From the NCBI GenBank assembly GCA_021325355.1, contig JAJPHI010000014.1, positions 1,129 to 65,128 of the forward strand: 64,000 nt of DNA, in the 5' to 3' direction. This DNA is from Pseudomonadota bacterium. Its GTDB lineage: Bacteria; Desulfobacterota; Binatia; Binatales; Binataceae. This document shows, piece after piece, positions 40,935 through 50,364 of this stretch. A program made the translations under genes and the position numbers. The stretch's first letter is position 1. Each line of letters opens with the position of its first letter. Below the pieces are notes generated by a model, which saw nothing but the letters and a program-made list of their open reading frames with translations, was not told the DNA's origin and did not search any database.

Positions 40935-41696
40935 ATGCCGTCGCCTGGGGTTTCACTGATCGTCGTCACCCGCGACGAGGAGCAGCTCATCGGCCAATGC
41001 CTGAGCAGCGCGAAGCGCTTCTGCCGCGAGCTGATTGTCGTCGATTCCTTTTCCACCGATCGGACCGTGGCGATTTGCGAGGAGCTCGGCGCTCGGGTCT
41101 TTCAGCAGGAATTTGCCGGCTACGTGCTGCAAAAGCAGGCGGCCCTCGACCGTGCCACCTCGGAATGGGTCCTGCTGCTCGATGCCGACGAGCAGGTTAC
41201 CTACGAGCTTGGATGCGAGATCGAGAGGGCGATCAATTCCGCCGACCGTTACGACGGCTATCGCATTCAGCGCGTCCTTTATCATCTGCGGCACTATTAC
41301 GTTCGTCCGCTATACCGGGATTTCCCGGTGCGCCTCTTTCGCCGCGCGCGCGCCCATATCGGTGGTATCGATCCACATGACAAGGTGATCGTGGACGGGC
41401 CGGTGGGACGCCTGCGCGCGCCGATTCTGCACTTTAGCTACCGCGACGTGGCCGACCATATCGCGACGATCAATCGCTTCACCACGCGCAGCGCCGAGCG
41501 CCTCGAACCTTCGCCGCTGGATGCGCTCAAGATGCTGACCCATCCGATCGGGCGATTTCTCAATGTTTATCTGTTGCGCGGCGGTTTCCTGGAGGGTGGT
41601 CCGGGGCTTTATGCGGCGATGACGGGGGCGTTTTACGGCTTCGTCAAGTACGCGAAGCTCTACGAGCGCCGCCTCGCTCAACGCCGCCCGCGATGA
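40935..41696 (+). CDS. GT2-family glycosyltransferase (LPS-core type, KdtX/WaaE-like)
   Basis: VSLIVVTRDEE...VVDSFSTDRT...LLLDADE matches the GT2 DxD architecture. It starts 1 nt after the apbC stop. Confidence 0.7.
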   Translation: MPSPGVSLIVVTRDEEQLIGQCLSSAKRFCRELIVVDSFSTDRTVAICEELGARVFQQEFAGYVLQKQAALDRATSEWVLLLDADEQVTYELGCEIERAINSADRYDGYRIQRVLYHLRHYYVRPLYRDFPVRLFRRARAHIGGIDPHDKVIVDGPVGRLRAPILHFSYRDVADHIATINRFTTRSAERLEPSPLDALKMLTHPIGRFLNVYLLRGGFLEGGPGLYAAMTGAFYGFVKYAKLYERRLAQRRPR

Positions 41697-41844
41697 TGCC
41701 GGCAACGCGCGGCAGGAGGCCGGGGCGATCTTTAATCAAAACTCTTGCTGAAGGAACGCGGTTCTAAAATACTTTTATACTCTGAATAGTCTCCGACATA
41801 GCCTGCGTCGCCGGATCTGCGTCGCCACGACGCTCGCCGCGTCG

Positions 41845-42882
41845 TTGGGTTTCGTGGTCGGATGCTCCTCCGGCGCGACGATGCGCGGTGCGCCGGACCC
41901 TTCCAAAATGACGGCGGCTGCCGACCAATCGCCACCAGATCCGCGTCTCGCCGCATTGTGGCAGGAGCGCACCATGGGGGCGTCGGCCAGAGATCAGGAT
42001 TACCCGATCGGTCCCGGCGACGTGCTGACTATCTCGGTGCCGGAGATGCCGGAGCTCAGTGAACGCAAGGTGCGCGTTTCGTCGACCGGGCAGATTACGC
42101 TGCCGCTTTTGGGCGACATTCAGGCCGGTGGATTGACGGAAGAGGACTTGGCTAAGCAATTGGAGCTTAAGCTCGAAAAATATATGCTTAAGCCGCAGGC
42201 TGCGGTCTTCGTCGATCAGTACCTTAATCGCGAAGTTGCCGTCGTCGGCGCGGTAAACAAACCGGGACTTGTGGTGCTGACCAGTTCCAACGAGACGATT
42301 CTCGACGTGCTCACTCAATCGGGTGGGCTGACGCCCAGCGCCGCCGACGAGTTGGTCCTGATACCTGCTGACGCCAAGGGCGGTTCCCCGGTGCCGCCGG
42401 ACCCCCGCACCGACGCCGATCATGCGATGGCGATGGCGGAGTCGTCGCCGCAGGCGGTTTCGATTCGCCTGCATAGCACGTCACTCACCGGCGGCGGCAA
42501 TTTTTTGAATATGCCGGTCCGTCCCGGTGACGTTATCGTTGTGCCGGGCGGCGGCCAGGTGATGGTGGTCGGCTGGGTCCAGCGTCCGGGCCATTTCGAC
42601 GTCGGCTCGGGTCTCACCGTGCTCGGCGCTATCGGCGAGGCCGGCGGCCCGATGTACGCCGCCGACACCAAATCGATTACGCTCATCCGCAATGGCAAGG
42701 ACGGCGCCAAGCTCACGCAAGCGGTCAATCTCGATCGGATCATGCGCGGCGAAGACAGCGATATCCCCGTCAAAGCCAACGATGTTATCGACGTGCCGTA
42801 TTCGAACTGGCGAATCGGGCCGTATGTCTTTTACTCGGTGGTCTCCCGCATCGGTATCGCCGGTCCGGTGATTCCCTACTGA
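41845..42882 (+). CDS. wza: Polysaccharide export outer-membrane lipoprotein (Wza/OPX family)
   Basis: PES motif region IGPGDVLTISV plus SLBB domains. The upstream in-frame sequence encodes LRRRICVATTLAASLGFVVGC (lipobox VVGC), so the real start is probably upstream of the first canonical start codon. Confidence 0.75.
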   Translation: MGFVVGCSSGATMRGAPDPSKMTAAADQSPPDPRLAALWQERTMGASARDQDYPIGPGDVLTISVPEMPELSERKVRVSSTGQITLPLLGDIQAGGLTEEDLAKQLELKLEKYMLKPQAAVFVDQYLNREVAVVGAVNKPGLVVLTSSNETILDVLTQSGGLTPSAADELVLIPADAKGGSPVPPDPRTDADHAMAMAESSPQAVSIRLHSTSLTGGGNFLNMPVRPGDVIVVPGGGQVMVVGWVQRPGHFDVGSGLTVLGAIGEAGGPMYAADTKSITLIRNGKDGAKLTQAVNLDRIMRGEDSDIPVKANDVIDVPYSNWRIGPYVFYSVVSRIGIAGPVIPY

Positions 42883-42902
42883 CGCGCAGCGGCAGATGGC
42901 TG

Positions 42903-45221
42903 ATGGACGATTCGGGCGCATTCGCGGGCCACGCAGTAGTTCCGGCGCGAACGACGATCGAGGCCGAAGCGCGGCAGCTCCCTGAGGATTATGAACCGAT
43001 TTTCGATATCTATCGGTATTGGGGAGTCATTCGGCGCCATCTCGGGATCGTCGTCGGCGTAACCGCGGCGGCAATCGTGATCGCGCTGGCGCGCCTGCTC
43101 ACTGCACCGGCGCTTTACGAAGCCGAAACCACGGTACTGATCGAACCGAACGCTGACAGCGGCACGGATACGCTCGAGAACCTGGTCGAAATCGAGGCGG
43201 CGGCGGCCAACGCCGATCAATATTACAAAACGCAATGCGCGATTCTGGAAAGCCGCGACCTTGCCGCCGATGTGGTCAGTGAGCTCAACCTCGATCACAA
43301 TCCACTCTTTATGGGGCAGTCGGCTTCCGGTGGCGGACTCACGGGCTGGTTGCCCTGGGTCAGGGCGGTCTCCCCGGCGCCTTACCGTCACCTCGAGTTG
43401 CCGCCCGAGACGGCCGAAACTCCGCCTCTCGCCGCCGCTTCGCCGGCGGCGGTACATGCCTATCTCGCGATGCTCAAAGTATCGCCCGTGCCGGAAACCA
43501 ATCTGGTGAAGATCGGCTTCACCACCACCAACCCGACGCTCTCGGCCGAGCTGGCCAATGCTCATGTTGCCGCCTATGAGCGGCGGCAGGATCAGATGCG
43601 CGGGTTGGAGAGCGAGCAGGCGCAGCGGTTCATGCGCGTAAAACTCGCCGAAATCAGGGATCAACTGGAGAAATCCGAAGCTGCCCTCAACGATTATCGA
43701 CGCGCGAAGGGTATTATCCCGGGGCTCATCTCGCTCGACGGCAAGGACGCCGTCGTGCTCGATCGGCTGGCCGATCTGAGCAAGGACCTGACGCAGGCGC
43801 AGGTCGCGCGGATCGCGCTCGAGTCGCAGGTACAGCTTATCGACCGCCATCAGTACGCCTCGCTGCCGGAGATCAACGCGAATCCGACCATCGGCGATCT
43901 CCAGAAACAGCTCAACGACCTCTACAGCCAGGCGGCCGCGCTCTCGAGCGAATTCCGGCCCGATTATCCGCCGCTGGCGAAGCTCGATGCGCAGATTGGC
44001 GAAGTTGAAGCGCGCCTCAAGCTCGCCACCGACAATGTCGTCAACGGCATCCGCGCGCAGTATCAGGAGGCGGTCGCCAAGGAAAACGAGCTGCAGCAGG
44101 AGATGGCCCGGCAGCGCGCCGAAACCCTCAACCTCAACGATGCCGCCGCCCAATACGCTATCCTGCAACGGGAAGTCGATACCAATCGCGAGCTCTACGA
44201 CGCCGTTCTCACGCGGATGAAAAATGCCGCGGTGACGAGCGGCGCCGCGCGGACCAGCGTCACCGTGATCAACTCGGCCGAAGCCCCGGGCGCGCCGGTC
44301 AGCCCGCGCAAACTGCGCGATCTGGCGCTCGCCCTGATGGTCGGACTGGCCGGCGGTATCGCCGCGGCGTTCGCCCTTGAATCGCTCGACCGCACGCTCC
44401 GCAATCCCGAGGAGGCGGAGAACTATCTGCGCCTGCCCAACCTCGGCCTCGTCCCCGATTTCGCGGTCGCCGGGGCGCAGCTCCCCGGCTATGGAGCGCG
44501 CTCGCGCGCCTTACCACGGCGGGCCGACGCTTTGACCGAACTGGTCAGCGCGCACGGCTCCTACTCGCCGCTGGGCGAGGCGTATCGCAACCTGCGGACC
44601 GCGCTGCTGCTTTCGCGCGCGGGCGGTCCGCCGCAGACCATCCTGATTACCAGCGCGACCAGTCGCGAAGGCAAGACCGTCACCTCGGTCAATATCGCGG
44701 TGATGATGGCGCAACTGGGGCCGACGATTCTCATCGACGCGGATCTGCGCCGCGCGCGATGCCATCAGGTGCTGGGTCTCGGCAATCAGGCGGGTCTCAC
44801 CGAGGTGCTGACCGGCGCCCGCGAGTTTGCCACGGTCATCTGTGCAACAGCGATTCGCCAGCTCGATTTTCTCGGCAGCGGGTCGCCGCCGCCCAACCCC
44901 ACCGAGCTGGTCGGCTCGAGCAAGATGGCCGAGATGCTGGTCGAGCTTGCCGAACGCTACCGCTATATCATCATCGATTCGTCGCCCGTGCTGCCGGTCA
45001 GCGACGCGCTGCTGCTCGCGCGCCTGGTCGACGGCGTGGTGGTGGTCGCCAACGGCTGCGCCACGCCGCGCCAGCAGGTGCGCGCGGCCTGCCAGCGCGT
45101 GCAATACGCCCGCGGCAAGATTCTCGGCGTCGTCCTGAACCGCATCCATCCGCGCAGCGTCCATTACAAAGACTACTACCACGATGCTTACTATACCGCC
45201 CGGCCGGATCCTCCCTCCTGA
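42903..45221 (+). CDS. wzc: Polysaccharide co-polymerase / BY-kinase (Wzc, PCP-2a)
   Basis: Two transmembrane segments flank a long periplasmic coiled-coil region. The C-terminal kinase has Walker A SATSREGKT and a tyrosine-rich tail KDYYHDAYYTARP. Confidence 0.8.
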   Translation: MDDSGAFAGHAVVPARTTIEAEARQLPEDYEPIFDIYRYWGVIRRHLGIVVGVTAAAIVIALARLLTAPALYEAETTVLIEPNADSGTDTLENLVEIEAAAANADQYYKTQCAILESRDLAADVVSELNLDHNPLFMGQSASGGGLTGWLPWVRAVSPAPYRHLELPPETAETPPLAAASPAAVHAYLAMLKVSPVPETNLVKIGFTTTNPTLSAELANAHVAAYERRQDQMRGLESEQAQRFMRVKLAEIRDQLEKSEAALNDYRRAKGIIPGLISLDGKDAVVLDRLADLSKDLTQAQVARIALESQVQLIDRHQYASLPEINANPTIGDLQKQLNDLYSQAAALSSEFRPDYPPLAKLDAQIGEVEARLKLATDNVVNGIRAQYQEAVAKENELQQEMARQRAETLNLNDAAAQYAILQREVDTNRELYDAVLTRMKNAAVTSGAARTSVTVINSAEAPGAPVSPRKLRDLALALMVGLAGGIAAAFALESLDRTLRNPEEAENYLRLPNLGLVPDFAVAGAQLPGYGARSRALPRRADALTELVSAHGSYSPLGEAYRNLRTALLLSRAGGPPQTILITSATSREGKTVTSVNIAVMMAQLGPTILIDADLRRARCHQVLGLGNQAGLTEVLTGAREFATVICATAIRQLDFLGSGSPPPNPTELVGSSKMAEMLVELAERYRYIIIDSSPVLPVSDALLLARLVDGVVVVANGCATPRQQVRAACQRVQYARGKILGVVLNRIHPRSVHYKDYYHDAYYTARPDPPS

Positions 45222-45268
45222 ACCGTGGCGGCATTTGCGTTCGGATCGCTGAAGCGACGGGCGAATGC

Positions 45269-48004
45269 ATGATGTACCTCTCGCGATGGGCCGATGGTCT
45301 GCTCACGGTTGTCCTCCTGACGCTCGTGGCGGCGGCGCCTTTCGCCCTCGGCGGGGTTCATCGCACGGCCTTCGTCACGCTCGAGCTGCTGACGTTCACG
45401 CTGCCGGGTATCTGGGGGCTGAAAATCTGGAGCGAAGCGCCAGGGCGCCCGCGCTTCGCCGTAGAATCGCGCTCGTGGCGCCGATGCGCTTTAGCGATTC
45501 TCGCGGTGACCGTGATGCTGCTGTTGCAGTTGACGCCGCTGCCGCCGCGCGTGCTGCGCGCCGTTACTCCGGGCACGTACCGCATTTACCAGGTCAGCTT
45601 TCCGGGATGGCCTGCAACCCCTCCCGCGCAGACCGTCGCGCCGCTCCTGCTCAATGATCGCGGCAGCGCCGCCGGTCTGGCGCTCGATCAGAGCGGTCCT
45701 GGCTCATGGTTCGCGCACCGGCGATGGCGCACGCTGACGCTCGCTCCTGCAGTCAGCGCCGCGAGTCTCATCGAATGGCTCGCGCTGGCGACCCTCTTCG
45801 GCGTTATTCTGCTCTATCCGTTTGGCCTTGTCGGCGAGCGTGAAGCCGAATCACGCTTTTATCGCAGCGTTGTCCTCGGCGTCCTTGGTCTTACCGCGAT
45901 CTTATGCGCGATCGCGCTGTGTCAGCTTGCATGGTGGAACGGGAAACTGCTCTGGCTGATCGTTCCCCAGGATTGGGGCAAGCCGATGGTCGGTGTGCCG
46001 CTGCGCGCGAGCGGGCCGTTCGTTGATCCCGACCATTTCGCCGATTTTATCGCGATGACGTTGCCGACCGCGGTCCTGATGGCGCTGTTTCCGTCGCCGC
46101 TGGTCTCCCGTGCGCATCGCGCGAACCTGCGGGTCGGCGCCGCGCTGGTCGCGCTGCTGGACGCGCTCGCGCTCCTCTTCAGTCTCTCTCGCGCCGGCTG
46201 GATAGCGGCCGCGGCCGGTACGCTCGCGGCCCTCTTGCTGGTTGGTCAACGCCTCGATTCGCCGCAACGCTCGCGCCGGTGGGGCTTGATCGGCGTGGGT
46301 GTTGCCGCGGTCGGCGTGATGGCGGCGACGCTCTTTTTTGCGGCCGGTCCGCAGGGGCGCGCGATGGTCGCCGAGCGCGTCAGCCTGAGCCTCGCCGGCG
46401 ATGATTTAAGCGTGCGTCATCGTTTTGAAGCCGTCCGCGATACGCTGCCGATGATTGCGGATTTTCCGCTGTTCGGCGTTGGTCTCGGGGCCTGGCCGGA
46501 TCTCTTTCGCCATTATGCGCGTCCGCCGTGGTCGCCTTTTTTTGCGCGGCAGACAGGCAACGATTACGTGCAGTTCGCCGCCGAGTCAGGGATGGTCGGA
46601 GTTATTCTCGCCGGCTGGCTGGTCGCGGCGATGATCATGGCGCTGCGCGCGGGTCGCCGCCTCGATCCGCGTCGATTCCCGCTTTTTGCAGGCCTCTGCG
46701 GCGGCCTCCTCGCCGTCGCACTGCATGAAGCCTTTGATTTCAGCCTGCACACGCCCGCCAATGCTATCCTGCTGACGGTGACGCTCGCGTTGGCGATGCG
46801 GATGGCGCTTGCGCCGACCGCCGAACCGACCACGCGACTTGCCGCGCGCCGCTCGCGCCGCTCCTATGCCTGTGCGGCGGCGGCGCTGGTGATGGCCGTC
46901 GCGCTCGGCGCGCTCACCCTGGCGCAGGACGGACGGGCCTACCCCTACGGGGTATCCGCGGTCACCGATCCGATCGCGGCGGCGCGGCTGCTGCTGGCTC
47001 ATCCGGCGATGTCCACGGCCCATCTGCGACTGCTCGCGCTGGGCGGCGCGCGGATCACGGCGGCGACGCGATTTCAGCAGCTCGCGATTGCCGTGTGGCT
47101 CGACCCGAACAATCCCCGCGCGCGCGACGCCTACGCGCGCGAGCTGTTGCAGTTCGGCCGTGAAGGCGCGGGGTTGCGCGCCGTAACCGAATCGGTGTAT
47201 CGCGCGCCCCGGCTCGGTCTGCATGATTACCTGGCGCCCGCGGCGATCCCGTGGCTCCTGCCGCGCCAGCAGGACGCGGTCGCAGCGGGCTTTGAACGGG
47301 CGGTCGGCGCCGGTTTTCCGGGGGCCAGCCGCGAACTGGTGACGTTCTACGACGCGCTGGGCCGCTATGTTGACAGTGCTCATCTCTGTGAGCGCCTGGC
47401 GGCCGCGTCGCGCAGCCTCGATGACCAGGTCGAATACGACGTGATAGCCGGGCGCGAATACGCCAGCGCCGGTGATACGAGCGCGGCGCAGCGCGCTTTG
47501 CAGCGCGCGATTGCCCTCGCGCCGGCCGATTCGCGGCCCTATGTCGAGCTCGCGCGCGCGGTTGACGGACCCGCCGGTCGGCTGAATGAACTGCGCGCGA
47601 CTCTGGCGCAGGGTCAGCGCGCGGGCGCCGATCCTTACGCGCTGGACCTCGCGCTTGCCGACGGCGCGGCGGTCGCCGGTGATCGTGCGATCGAGGAGTC
47701 GGCGCTGCGCGAGGCGCTTACCTACCGTCCCTCTTTCGCGCTCGCGATGAGGCTCGGTGACCTTTATATGGCCGAGGGCAACTTCGCGCGTGCGGCGGCC
47801 GTTTTCGACGATGCCGCCGCGCTCGAAAATCGCGCCGAGGCGTATCTCGCCCTCGGCGCGGCCGAGGAAGCTCAGTTCGACTACGTTGCCGCCGAGCGGG
47901 CCTACGCGCGAGCCCGCGCGCTCGCGCCCGGCGATACGCATGTAGCGCAGGTTTATGCGCAGTTCGAGCGGCGCGCCAGCGCGTCGGGAGAAGCGGCGCC
48001 GTAG
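45269..48004 (+). CDS. O-antigen ligase/polymerase-like membrane domain fused to a large C-terminal Ala-rich TPR-like domain (911 aa)
   Basis: The N-terminal roughly 450 aa are polytopic (Wzy_C/WaaL-like). The C-terminal roughly 450 aa are helical repeats. The start was set at the ATG at 45269; the upstream part of track ORF 44759..48004 overlaps wzc. Confidence 0.55.
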   Translation: MMYLSRWADGLLTVVLLTLVAAAPFALGGVHRTAFVTLELLTFTLPGIWGLKIWSEAPGRPRFAVESRSWRRCALAILAVTVMLLLQLTPLPPRVLRAVTPGTYRIYQVSFPGWPATPPAQTVAPLLLNDRGSAAGLALDQSGPGSWFAHRRWRTLTLAPAVSAASLIEWLALATLFGVILLYPFGLVGEREAESRFYRSVVLGVLGLTAILCAIALCQLAWWNGKLLWLIVPQDWGKPMVGVPLRASGPFVDPDHFADFIAMTLPTAVLMALFPSPLVSRAHRANLRVGAALVALLDALALLFSLSRAGWIAAAAGTLAALLLVGQRLDSPQRSRRWGLIGVGVAAVGVMAATLFFAAGPQGRAMVAERVSLSLAGDDLSVRHRFEAVRDTLPMIADFPLFGVGLGAWPDLFRHYARPPWSPFFARQTGNDYVQFAAESGMVGVILAGWLVAAMIMALRAGRRLDPRRFPLFAGLCGGLLAVALHEAFDFSLHTPANAILLTVTLALAMRMALAPTAEPTTRLAARRSRRSYACAAAALVMAVALGALTLAQDGRAYPYGVSAVTDPIAAARLLLAHPAMSTAHLRLLALGGARITAATRFQQLAIAVWLDPNNPRARDAYARELLQFGREGAGLRAVTESVYRAPRLGLHDYLAPAAIPWLLPRQQDAVAAGFERAVGAGFPGASRELVTFYDALGRYVDSAHLCERLAAASRSLDDQVEYDVIAGREYASAGDTSAAQRALQRAIALAPADSRPYVELARAVDGPAGRLNELRATLAQGQRAGADPYALDLALADGAAVAGDRAIEESALREALTYRPSFALAMRLGDLYMAEGNFARAAAVFDDAAALENRAEAYLALGAAEEAQFDYVAAERAYARARALAPGDTHVAQVYAQFERRASASGEAAP

Positions 48005-48029
48005 CGCTTTCGGGACGCGTCGGGGCTCA

Positions 48030-49271
48030 ATGAAAATCGTTTTCCTCAGTCAAAGCGGCGCGATTGGCGGAGCTGAACGCGTCCTGCTTGATCTGATGGC
48101 AGAGCTTCACCAGTGCTATCCGCATTGGGCGATCGATCTCATCGCGCCGGCTGCGGGACCGCTTGTCGAGGACACCCGCGCGATCGGCGTCGCCGCTCAT
48201 GTGGTCGAATTTCCTGCGGCTTTGGCCCGCCTGGGCGACTCCGCGCCGGCCTCGCGCGCGGGCCATCTGCTGCTGCAACTCGGTCGTCTGGGAGCTTCCT
48301 CACCCGCCGTCCATCGTTATGCGAATCGCCTGAACGGGATGCTGGTCGCGCGCGACCCCGATCTGATTCACGCCAACGGCTTCAAGATGCATCTGCTGGG
48401 CGCGCGTGCGGCGCCGCCGCGCAGCGCGCTCGTGTGGCATGTCCATGATTTTGTCGGCGCGCGTCCGCTGATGCGTCGTTTGTTGCGCGCCTACGCCGGT
48501 CGCTGCGATATGGCCGTGGCCAACTCGCGCGCCGTTGCTGCCGATCTGCGCACGGCGCTCGGGCCGTCGCCGCGCGTCGCGGTGATTTACAACGGGATTG
48601 ACCTGGAGCGCTTCGTTGCCGGTGGAGATACGGTCGATCTCGACGCGATCGCGGGCCTGCCGGCGGCGCCGCCCGACGTCGTCCGCGTCGGTCTGGTCGC
48701 TACCGCTGCGCACTGGAAAGGTCATCGGGTTTTCCTTCGCGCGCTCGCGCTGCTGCCGCGCGCCCTTCCAGTGCGCGGCTATGTGATTGGGGGCGCGGTC
48801 TATCACACGCGGCAGAGCCAGATTTCCCTCGCCGCATTGCGGCAGGAAGTGACTCGACTCGGTCTTGCGGAGCGCGTTGGCTTCACCGGCTTTCTGCCGG
48901 ATATCGCCCCCGCGCTGCACGCGCTCGATATTGTCGTCCATCCCAGTATCCAGCCGGAACCGTTTGGCCTGGTCGTCGCCGAGGCCTTTGCGTGCGCGCG
49001 CGCGGTGATTACCAGCGGCTCCGGCGGCGTGGCGGAGTTCGTCGAGCCCGAGCGCAATGCCCTGGTCCATCGGCCGGGCGACGCCGCCGGTCTCGCGCGC
49101 GCGATCGCGCGTCTGCTCGATGATCCCGGCCTGCGCGGGCGGCTCGGCGAAGCGGCGCGCATCACTGCGGCGTCGCGGTTTGGCCGCCAACGGATGGCGG
49201 AGGAATTCGCCGCGCTCTATCGCGCGATGGTGAACGCGGGCGCAAACGATGCGGCTGCTGCACGTTCATAG
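48030..49271 (+). CDS. GT4-family glycosyltransferase
   Basis: GT-B fold with an E-X7-E-like region (EPFGLVVAEAFACARAVI). Confidence 0.75.
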   Translation: MKIVFLSQSGAIGGAERVLLDLMAELHQCYPHWAIDLIAPAAGPLVEDTRAIGVAAHVVEFPAALARLGDSAPASRAGHLLLQLGRLGASSPAVHRYANRLNGMLVARDPDLIHANGFKMHLLGARAAPPRSALVWHVHDFVGARPLMRRLLRAYAGRCDMAVANSRAVAADLRTALGPSPRVAVIYNGIDLERFVAGGDTVDLDAIAGLPAAPPDVVRVGLVATAAHWKGHRVFLRALALLPRALPVRGYVIGGAVYHTRQSQISLAALRQEVTRLGLAERVGFTGFLPDIAPALHALDIVVHPSIQPEPFGLVVAEAFACARAVITSGSGGVAEFVEPERNALVHRPGDAAGLARAIARLLDDPGLRGRLGEAARITAASRFGRQRMAEEFAALYRAMVNAGANDAAAARS

Positions 49272-50364
49272 CGGCAATCTCTACGGCGGCGTCGAAACGA
49301 TCCTGACGACGCTCGCCCGCTTCTCCGCTAATCGGCTGGAGCATCATTTTGCCCTCTGCTTTGATGGACGCGTGGCGCAGGAACTGCGGCGCCTCGAGGC
49401 GAACGTGGTGCAACTGGGCGCGGCGCGCACGCGCCACCCGCTTGCGCTGCTGCGCGCGCGTCGGCGCTTGCGCCGCGTCCTCGACGATGACGATTTCGAC
49501 GCGGTGGCCTGTCACATGCCGTGGGCGCAGGCGATCTTCGGACCGGTCGTGAGGCGGGCCGGGATAGCGTCGATCTTTTGGATGCATGACACGAGTTCAG
49601 GCGGTCACTGGCTGGAGCGCTGGGCGCGTCGGACCCCTCCCGACCTGGCGATCTGCAACAGCGTCTTCACCGCCGCGAGCCTCCCGCGGCTGTATCCAAA
49701 CGTGCCGGGCGAGGTCTGGTATCCCCCGGTAACGCCTTGCGCCTGCAGCGGTGGCGAAAACAGGCGCGCAGTGCGCGCGGAACTCGCGACGCCGGCGGAC
49801 GCCGTGGTGATTCTGCAGGCAAGCCGCTTCGAAGCCTGGAAGGGCCATCGAGAGCATCTTGCCGCGCTGGCTTCGCTCCGTCACGACCCTCGATGGTTCT
49901 GCTGGCTGGCGGGCGGCGGCGATACGGCAAAGTATGAAGCCGAACTGCGTGACATGGCCGCGCAGCTCGGGATTGTTTCGCGGATCAGGTTCTGTGGCTT
50001 TCGTCGCGACGTGCGCCGCCTGATGGCCGCTGCAGATATCTACTGCCAGCCCAACACAGCGCCGGAACCCTTCGGCCTTGCCTTCGCCGAGGCGCTGAGC
50101 GCGGGATTGCCGGTCGTCACCACCGCCATGGGTGGCGTGGTCGAACTGGTGGACAGTTCCTGCGGCGTGTTGCTGCCGGGTTCCGACCCTGCCGCTCTCG
50201 CTTCAGCCCTGCGGCGTCTGATTGACGATGCGGCGCTGCGCTCTGTGCTCGGTCGAAACGGCCGCGCCCGTGTGCTGCGGCTCTGCAACGTCGACGATCA
50301 AATGGCGCGGATCGACGGAATCGTCGGTCGCCTCGGGCGTGATTATCGAGCGGCAGGTTCGTGA
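49249..50364 (+). CDS. GT4-family glycosyltransferase
   Basis: EPFGLAFAEALSAGLPVV motif. It overlaps the upstream gene. Confidence 0.75.
   Translation: MRLLHVHSGNLYGGVETILTTLARFSANRLEHHFALCFDGRVAQELRRLEANVVQLGAARTRHPLALLRARRRLRRVLDDDDFDAVACHMPWAQAIFGPVVRRAGIASIFWMHDTSSGGHWLERWARRTPPDLAICNSVFTAASLPRLYPNVPGEVWYPPVTPCACSGGENRRAVRAELATPADAVVILQASRFEAWKGHREHLAALASLRHDPRWFCWLAGGGDTAKYEAELRDMAAQLGIVSRIRFCGFRRDVRRLMAAADIYCQPNTAPEPFGLAFAEALSAGLPVVTTAMGGVVELVDSSCGVLLPGSDPAALASALRRLIDDAALRSVLGRNGRARVLRLCNVDDQMARIDGIVGRLGRDYRAAGS

Noticed and set aside
44759-48004. A 1081-aa plus-strand ORF
   Set aside because: The first roughly 170 aa overlap wzc in another frame and are low-complexity Arg/Ala. The real start is ATGATG at about 45269.
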